A stretch of DNA of 64,000 bases, taken from assembly GCA_045106415.1 (NCBI GenBank), contig JBGCEP010000014.1, positions 28,460 through 92,459 on the forward strand, written 5' to 3'. A program made the position numbers and the translations under genes. How positions within the stretch are numbered: position 1 is the first letter of the stretch; each line of letters starts with the position of its first letter. Of the stretch, positions 57,851 to 64,000 are shown piece after piece. The DNA comes from Oligoflexales bacterium (GTDB taxonomy: Bacteria; Bdellovibrionota_B; Oligoflexia; Oligoflexales; Bog-1112). The notes beneath the pieces are model-generated. The model was not told the DNA's origin. It saw only the letters and a list, made by a program, of their open reading frames with translations, and searched no databases.

Positions 57851-59917
57851 ATGGCATTTGAGCTACGCTATCAATCCAAGGGTCGAGCTGAAGTTTCAGT
57901 TAATATCGATCAAGATCGTCTACTCATAGGCACTTTGCCTTCCAATCACGTTGTGATTGCTGGTGAGGGAGTTGAACCGATTCACGCTTTATTGGAAAAG
58001 CGTGGTGATGAGTTTTGGATTTTAGATTTGGGTGCTGAAAAAGGTGTCCTTCTAAATGGTAAAAAGATTGATGTGGAGCATAAAACAAAGGTAGGAGACA
58101 CCTTTTCCTTTGGTGCTGTCACAGCTTCACTTGAGAAGAAAGTTGAAGCTCCCCTAGCTGTGGATGAAACACAAATAGCAACTCCGCCGTTTCTACCACC
58201 TCCGCCTCCAATGATGACACCACCACCTGTACCTCCAGCGCAACAAAAAGTTTCTGCTGTAGTGCCAGAAAAAACTGTCGCAAAGCAGGAAGAAATATCT
58301 ATTTCGAAGTCAGAAGGAACGAGTGTTCAATCTTCTGTTCCTGAACCGCGGAAAAAAGAATCAGAGAGAGAACCTCTTTTTTCTCCACGTGGAGCGAAAC
58401 CCTCGGGTGAATTGCTAGAGGTTGTGGCTTATTGGGGAGATGTTGTTTTAGAGGTGGAACATTTTCACCCTTCGTTGCGAGGTTATGACGAGGTCACAAT
58501 AGGTAATCCTACTGTGACTCACTTTATTGCGGCTGGACATGATGATATTGATCACCACCTTCTTGCTCAAGTTGAAGATGGTGGCTATCATTTAAATTTA
58601 CTTCCACAGATGGAAGGACATCTTTTAAAATCAGGTAAAGTAGAAAAAGTTGAGGCGGGTAGTTTTCAAATGTCTCGTCAGGACCTTGCTCAAATTAAAT
58701 ATGGAGCTGTTAAGTACTTTTTCTTATTTGTGCGACCTCCAGAGCTCAACTTACCTCGGTCGGGCCCTTCCGACCCATTGTTTATTTCTTTATCTAGTAT
58801 TTTCTTTATGCTATATGCCTTAATGTTTGGCTTTATTTATAATTCTGACCCCAGAGAAAAAGATCTTCTTCAAGATGATTTGTGGGCTGTTGTTCAAGTT
58901 CCAGAAACAAAAAAACCTAAACAAGAGCAAAAAAAGAAGAAAAAAGAGCAAAAAATTGCAGAAGTTAAAAAGCCAGCGCCACCTCAAAAAACTCCTCCAA
59001 AACCAAAGCCAAAACCTGTTGCTCCTGTGAAACCAAAAGAGGCGCAGAAAAAGAAGCCTGCACCTAAGAAGAAAAAAATTCAAAAAAATACTTCAGCGAC
59101 TCTTGCGCAGGCAAAAACTCAAGCTGTTTCAAAACCACGTGCAGCAGCTCCCTCTAAAAGTAAAAATGCTCCAGGTCGCAATAGGCGAATTCCTCAGGTC
59201 CCAGGCGGTGGAAAGATCGGTGTTGGAGGGGCTCGTAAAGGCAAGCAAAAAGTCAGTGTAAGAGGGGCAAGAGGAGCTAAAAATAAAAGAGCTTCAGGTA
59301 TCAACCTTGGCAAACTTGGTATCGGTGTCGGTAAAGTCAGTTCAGCGAAAGGTGCTGGAGCGATTGCTACTCAATTTAAAAGTTCAGCGGGAGGTGCTGG
59401 TGGAGGGTCAGGATCTGCATCTAAAACAGTTGGTTTAGGTGGTATTGGTAAAGGATCATCTTTAGCTGTAGGGGGATCCGGCCGAGCGATTCAGCAGTTT
59501 GGAAGCGGAGGAGGGTTTCTTGGAGGCAAAGGGCAAGGTGGTATTGGTAAAAGCTTTGGGAGTGGCCGTAGGCCCACTCAAGTGAATGTAAGAGCTGCAG
59601 ACCCTGCTGTTACGGCTGGTTTAACACCTCAGGAAATTTCACGAGTGATACGGGCTCATCTTAACCAAATCCGTCACTGCTATGAAAGTTTGCTCCAACG
59701 ATCGCCAGGAGCTAGCGGGCGTTTGAAAGTGAGATTTATCATATCTTTATCAGGTCGAGTGAGTTCAGCGAGTGTGTCTCAAGCCTCAGGTGCTAACATG
59801 AGTGATTCGACCCTTCAAAGGTGTGTGACTTCAAAAGTAAGGCAGTGGCAGTTTCCGAAACCACGAGGTGGACAAGCTGTGACTGTTAATTATCCATTCT
59901 TGTTCAGTCCTCTGTAA
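57851..59917 (+). CDS. FHA + TM + AgmX/PglI (TonB-like) C-terminal protein, GltG/PglI-like
   Basis: N-terminal FHA-like domain, Pro-rich linker, single TM, Lys/Pro- and Gly-rich spacers, and the C-terminal GLT..EI.RVIR.HLNQIRHCYE...WQFPKPRGG..VTVNYPF. Confidence 0.85.
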   Translation: MAFELRYQSKGRAEVSVNIDQDRLLIGTLPSNHVVIAGEGVEPIHALLEKRGDEFWILDLGAEKGVLLNGKKIDVEHKTKVGDTFSFGAVTASLEKKVEAPLAVDETQIATPPFLPPPPPMMTPPPVPPAQQKVSAVVPEKTVAKQEEISISKSEGTSVQSSVPEPRKKESEREPLFSPRGAKPSGELLEVVAYWGDVVLEVEHFHPSLRGYDEVTIGNPTVTHFIAAGHDDIDHHLLAQVEDGGYHLNLLPQMEGHLLKSGKVEKVEAGSFQMSRQDLAQIKYGAVKYFFLFVRPPELNLPRSGPSDPLFISLSSIFFMLYALMFGFIYNSDPREKDLLQDDLWAVVQVPETKKPKQEQKKKKKEQKIAEVKKPAPPQKTPPKPKPKPVAPVKPKEAQKKKPAPKKKKIQKNTSATLAQAKTQAVSKPRAAAPSKSKNAPGRNRRIPQVPGGGKIGVGGARKGKQKVSVRGARGAKNKRASGINLGKLGIGVGKVSSAKGAGAIATQFKSSAGGAGGGSGSASKTVGLGGIGKGSSLAVGGSGRAIQQFGSGGGFLGGKGQGGIGKSFGSGRRPTQVNVRAADPAVTAGLTPQEISRVIRAHLNQIRHCYESLLQRSPGASGRLKVRFIISLSGRVSSASVSQASGANMSDSTLQRCVTSKVRQWQFPKPRGGQAVTVNYPFLFSPL

Positions 59918-60540
59918 TGAGAGTTTTTCTGCAGCATTTGATGTTTCTTCTTATCACAGGATGTTTAAGTGATAAAGGAGAACCGCTGTGGGAAATTGAG
60001 GTTGAGCGAGGAGACACGGTCAAAAAAATAGCATTACAATATGAGGTGTCTGTCCGAGATATTCTTAGGCTTAATCAGTTTCAAAGCCCAAGTTTTTTGC
60101 CAATAGGAAAAGTGATTGTTGTACCTCGCAAAACTTTTTCAGACCATCAAACGAAAATGCCTATCTGGCCAGTTTTAGGGGTGATGACGTCTGATTTTGG
60201 TAAACGAGGATCTTCTCATCATGATGGAGTCGATATCGCCGCTGAAAGAGGTCGTAGAATTGTTGCTTCTTTAGAGGGTACGGTGACTTTTTCTGGTTAT
60301 AAACGCGGATATGGAAAAACAGTTATTGTGGATCATGGTGGGGCACAAAGTTTATATGCTCACTGTGACAAGATCGATGTCGAAAAAGGTAGATTTGTTG
60401 AGACTGGGCAGGTGATAGGCAGAGTCGGGTCGACAGGAAGATCTACAGGGCCTCATGTGCATTTTGAATGGAGAATGCCAAGTGGAAAGCCTATTCATCC
60501 TAAATACGCTGTAAAAGGCCGATTGAAAAAAAATCGTTAG
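59917..60540 (+). CDS. LysM + M23 metallopeptidase lipoprotein
   Basis: Lipobox ITG-C, LysM (VERGDTV..IA..Y.VS...I..LN), HDGVD (HxxxD), LYAH and STGPHVHFE (HxH). TAATG overlap with the GltG-like gene. Confidence 0.88.
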   Translation: MRVFLQHLMFLLITGCLSDKGEPLWEIEVERGDTVKKIALQYEVSVRDILRLNQFQSPSFLPIGKVIVVPRKTFSDHQTKMPIWPVLGVMTSDFGKRGSSHHDGVDIAAERGRRIVASLEGTVTFSGYKRGYGKTVIVDHGGAQSLYAHCDKIDVEKGRFVETGQVIGRVGSTGRSTGPHVHFEWRMPSGKPIHPKYAVKGRLKKNR

Positions 60541-61763
60541 AAAAGTGGTGTGACACCATCCCCGTTAATAGAAGAAACATCGGCATTGCCGCCAGCAAGA
60601 CCATTTGCTAGAGATTTCCAAAGATTTCTTTGGTCGTTTGATCCTGCGGATAAATCGCCTTTTGCTGAGATCGCCCCACCTAAGGACCCAAAAACAACAC
60701 AAGGAATTTCTTCGTTAGGATGGCCGTTATTAAACGATCCACCTAAAAAGTGTGCAGACCCTTCACTTGCATAAACAATAGCGCTTTGAGCGAGAAGATT
60801 TTCATCTTGTCCCATTTGATTGATGACTTTTGCTACTCTTTTTTGAGTGGCGTCTGTAAAGCTTTGAAACTTTGCCCCATTGTCATTCGACCCATCGCCG
60901 TGGATGTATTGATGTTGAGGATCTGTGGTCGAATCTAGAAAACTGACGACAACGACGTGAGATAAATCACAAGCGAAAAGCTGAAAAGCAACTTCAAGCA
61001 TAGCGGCATGATTTGCGTCAGGTGTAGAGCCATTTGCAATATTAGTACCTATTTCACAGAGTTTAGATTCATAAGCTGTCGAAGAAGAGGATTCTGAGTT
61101 TGAGCTTTGCGAGTTTTTTGTGTTGTTTTTTGATGTAGTGGGAACTTGTTCTTGGTAGAGTTTGTACAGTGATTCCATATAGTCTTCAAAAAGAACAGAA
61201 TCTTGCCCCAGTAGGCTTTTGATTTTTTTGATATCAGAGATAGCAGGATCAAGTATGCCTTTTTTTCCTTGTTCAATTAAATTTAAATTATACTGTGACG
61301 TTGTTAAATTGAGACCGAAATTTTGTTTGAGTGCATCGGCTGGATTTTTAATTGTATTGACAGCGTTACCAACTGAGTCTCGTGGGTAATTATCTCCGCC
61401 GATAGAAAGATATGTTTTTGTAATTTGCGGTATCGTTGTATAAAAAGAAGGAGCACTGCCTTTACCTCCGCGAAACCCAAGGAAACCTGCTTCTCCTCCG
61501 TGCCAGTCACCAGCGTAATTTGCGCCCTTCATACCGTTTATAAATAATCCGTGTTTTGCTATGATTGCTGGATCAATCACGCTTGTGAATGCTTGTTTCG
61601 TAATTTGGGAATTCATATGACCATTAGGAGAAGTGCAAATCATAAGTTTGAGCTTACCTTCTGCTCCAAAAGCTTGAGTTGTTGTAAAAGTGCGAGAAAG
61701 GGCACTAGCGACTAAACTGTTTCCAAGATATTGAGTAAATCTTCGTCTATTTATTTTTGTCAT
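60537..61763 (-). CDS. DUF1552-like Tat-exported protein
   Basis: Tat motif INRRRF, SPNG, AFQLFACDLSHV, HQYIH and H...IPCVVFG..GG. It lies downstream of a DUF1592-type gene. Confidence 0.65.
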   Translation of the reverse strand: MTKINRRRFTQYLGNSLVASALSRTFTTTQAFGAEGKLKLMICTSPNGHMNSQITKQAFTSVIDPAIIAKHGLFINGMKGANYAGDWHGGEAGFLGFRGGKGSAPSFYTTIPQITKTYLSIGGDNYPRDSVGNAVNTIKNPADALKQNFGLNLTTSQYNLNLIEQGKKGILDPAISDIKKIKSLLGQDSVLFEDYMESLYKLYQEQVPTTSKNNTKNSQSSNSESSSSTAYESKLCEIGTNIANGSTPDANHAAMLEVAFQLFACDLSHVVVVSFLDSTTDPQHQYIHGDGSNDNGAKFQSFTDATQKRVAKVINQMGQDENLLAQSAIVYASEGSAHFLGGSFNNGHPNEEIPCVVFGSLGGAISAKGDLSAGSNDQRNLWKSLANGLAGGNADVSSINGDGVTPLF

Positions 61764-61789
61764 ATGGACCTCTCGCTTTGTCCCTTGTG

Positions 61790-63550
61790 TTAAGGGTGGC
61801 TTAAAAAAGATTGATAGAGACGACTGAGGCTAAGATCCCCATTTTCTTTAGATTGATGGTATGTTTGAGCGATATGACAAATGTCATCTTGTGTTTCTAG
61901 TCGACTATGAACCATCCGGAATAGATTAAGCGCCATGCAGGCTCCAACATCAATAGTTCTTCCCACTGTTTCAGAGAGCTCTTTGTGAGATCGTATTTCA
62001 TGTCTGGATCCTGAAAGAGTTGTCAATACCTCTGTAGGTATCTGTATATTTTTCATGTGATCATCGATATTTCGTTGAAAACCTTCTGGTGAGAGTTCTT
62101 CTAATGTTCCTGCGGGTCCATTAATGAGTGAATGGCATGCAGCACAGCTTCCCTGGGATGTTGCTTTTTTTACAGCATTTAATGTTGTTTCCTCTTTGTC
62201 GAATTTAATTGCCGATATGACATCAACGAGATTTTCAGGCGTTTCTAAATGATGGCATAAGAATTCACTGAGGATATGTTTACCTCGAAGGGGAATATTG
62301 GTGTGGCTAGAGCTACTGATATTCATAATGATGCTTGGTTGATTAAGGAGCCCTGCTCTATTTTCAGGGTACTTTGCGATTTTAAAAGCAGAGGGTATAC
62401 CTACAGCTAATTCTTGTGAGCCATTTGTAAATTGATATGTTCTTAAAAGGTCATCAGGTAAAAGAGTGAAATTTGCACTAAAAATATTCTGAACAGAATC
62501 ATTACTTGTCTTCATGAGGTGATATAGAAATGCTCCAGACTCTTCACTTAAAAATTTTCTTTGATTTTCAGAAGCAGAGTTTCCATTAATATTCATAGTT
62601 GGTTTTGTTTGGATTTGATCTGTACCTAGCCAACTATGGCTCCAGTCTATAGCGCCTTGATAAAATTGAGGATGATTCATCATTCTTCTGATTTCAGTTG
62701 TGATGTCATTTTGCGAGATTAATTTATTGTTTTGAGCCTTTTGCATAAGAACTGAATCAAGGTGTCCTCGCCATAGTGTGTCTGATAATAATGTTGCTGT
62801 TTCCCAACTTTTTGAATCTTGTTGATCGAATTGTGTTCTGTATAAAAAATAAGGAGAAATAAGATAACGTTGGATGATTTGTTTGATTGAGTCATCATCA
62901 TTTCCAATTTGTTTATAATAGGAAATCTCTTGTTCGATATCGTTGGTGGTGAGATTTTTTCTCCATAATGAAGGGAGAGTTTTTTGAACCCAGCTTTTAA
63001 AACAAACATTTGAATCTTGTCCGCAGTTCATATCTGATTTCACTTTATTGAAGATTTTTTCAGAGATGATTTCTGCAGTCTTCATAAAACTTTTCAGTTT
63101 TTCAATAGACATGATGTTTGAGTTTCGTAAGTGTTTAAAGTTTAATGTTTTTGTTTCTACAGGCAAAGATGTGTATAGATTTTTTCTATCGTTTTGAAGG
63201 TCGATTTGAAAGGTATCTTGAATAGATTGAATATATTCCTCTCTTGTGATGATACGTGCAAATTTTTTCTTCTGATAGGATTGTGTTTTACATGTCTCTG
63301 AAGGTTTGTTGATCTCAGTTAAAAGTTTTAAGAAAAGATTATTAGCGTTTTGGGCGTTAAAAGTTTCAACTCTGAGTGAGGAGGTTCCTGAAAGGCCGTC
63401 TAAAGACTCCTGAGTTGATCTAGCTTCTTGTTCACTTGGTTGTATGTCAGCTCTATCAAGAGGGGAAGGATCTCCTGGATTTTTGTTCTTTTTAGGAGAG
63501 CACCCAAGTGCATTGATTAAGAATATTGATAAAGTGAGAATGACTTTCAT
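61790..63550 (-). CDS. DUF1592/DUF1588-like (planctomycete PSD-type) lipoprotein with CxxCH
   Basis: Lipobox ALG-C, RIITREEY..SIQD, LISPYFLYR, RAGLL.Q, RG..I...FLC and CAACH. Confidence 0.72.
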   Translation of the reverse strand: MKVILTLSIFLINALGCSPKKNKNPGDPSPLDRADIQPSEQEARSTQESLDGLSGTSSLRVETFNAQNANNLFLKLLTEINKPSETCKTQSYQKKKFARIITREEYIQSIQDTFQIDLQNDRKNLYTSLPVETKTLNFKHLRNSNIMSIEKLKSFMKTAEIISEKIFNKVKSDMNCGQDSNVCFKSWVQKTLPSLWRKNLTTNDIEQEISYYKQIGNDDDSIKQIIQRYLISPYFLYRTQFDQQDSKSWETATLLSDTLWRGHLDSVLMQKAQNNKLISQNDITTEIRRMMNHPQFYQGAIDWSHSWLGTDQIQTKPTMNINGNSASENQRKFLSEESGAFLYHLMKTSNDSVQNIFSANFTLLPDDLLRTYQFTNGSQELAVGIPSAFKIAKYPENRAGLLNQPSIIMNISSSSHTNIPLRGKHILSEFLCHHLETPENLVDVISAIKFDKEETTLNAVKKATSQGSCAACHSLINGPAGTLEELSPEGFQRNIDDHMKNIQIPTEVLTTLSGSRHEIRSHKELSETVGRTIDVGACMALNLFRMVHSRLETQDDICHIAQTYHQSKENGDLSLSRLYQSFLSHP

Positions 63551-63593
63551 AGCACCTCTACGACTGCTTAAATTTGACAAGGCATGCATAGAC

Positions 63594-63621
63594 TTATCGG
63601 AATATAGAAGTAAAATGTTGA
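63594..63621 (-). promoter_or_regulatory. Sigma28/FliA-like promoter
   Basis: Minus strand TCAA-N16-TCCGATAA upstream of the DUF1592-like gene. Confidence 0.5.
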
Positions 63622-63871
63622 GTTAAAATAAAGCTCTTTAAAATTGAATCTTTAAGTCAGTTTAAAGAGTTACCCGTGAATTTTTTCATTGGAACTGTCG
63701 CCCAAAGTTATTCATTAAGGAATCTACATAAAAAATGTCTAAAAAAGAAGAGATTGCAAAAAGAAGCCTGAGCAGTGGGCTGCAGCAGTTGACTAAAAAA
63801 CTAATCATTTCTGTTGATCTCACCAGTGAGTAGGCGTATGAAGTCCTCGGAAAACAATGACTGAGGCTGTC

Positions 63872-64000
63872 ATGACATGTGTATCAATAGGTGAAGCTGC
63901 ACTTGTGCTGGGTGTTTCTATTTCAACTTTACGACGTTGGGATCGTTCACAAGCATTGATGCCAGGCTACCGAACTCCTGGAGGCCATCGCCGTTACACA
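63872..64000 (+). mobile_element. 5' end of an IS607-family transposase (MerR-type HTH), truncated by the window edge
   Basis: MTCVSIGEAALVLGVSISTLRRWDRSQALMPGYRTPGGHRRYT matches the typical IS607 TnpA N-terminus (alternative ATG at 63857). The recombinase domain is not visible. Confidence 0.72.

Overview
A 64 kb AT-rich bacterial chromosomal segment that is mostly housekeeping and signalling genes. Gene content suggests a Bdellovibrionota/Oligoflexia-like (deltaproteobacterial-type) organism: an Agl-Glt gliding cluster, a DUF1592/DUF1552 pair, a giant RCC1-repeat lipoprotein and PilZ/GGDEF proteins. This placement is inferred from gene content only. Core genes include a fused 2-oxoacid dehydrogenase E1, pabB-like, hbd, mutY, pepA, eno, cheA-cheW, tlyA, rlmN, a Lon-like protease, mutS2, pilD, recD2, hpf, an Fe3+-type ABC transporter and icd. 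The 5' end of an IS607-like transposase is cut off at the right edge. Several features are absent from the ORF track. (1) A recurring sigma28/FliA-like promoter motif, TCAA-N15-(A/T/G)CCGATA, lies upstream of uncharacterised surface and signalling genes. (2) A structured ~150 nt intergenic element at ~2241-2398 is a candidate ncRNA. (3) A 35-aa Arg/Lys-rich microprotein at 20829-20936 has its own promoter, RBS and terminator. (4) A lipoprotein gene behind cheW (13081-14399) is broken in three places and ends in a domain resembling polymorphic-toxin tips. No rRNA, tRNA or CRISPR array was recognised. All calls come from reading motifs by eye; no database search was run.
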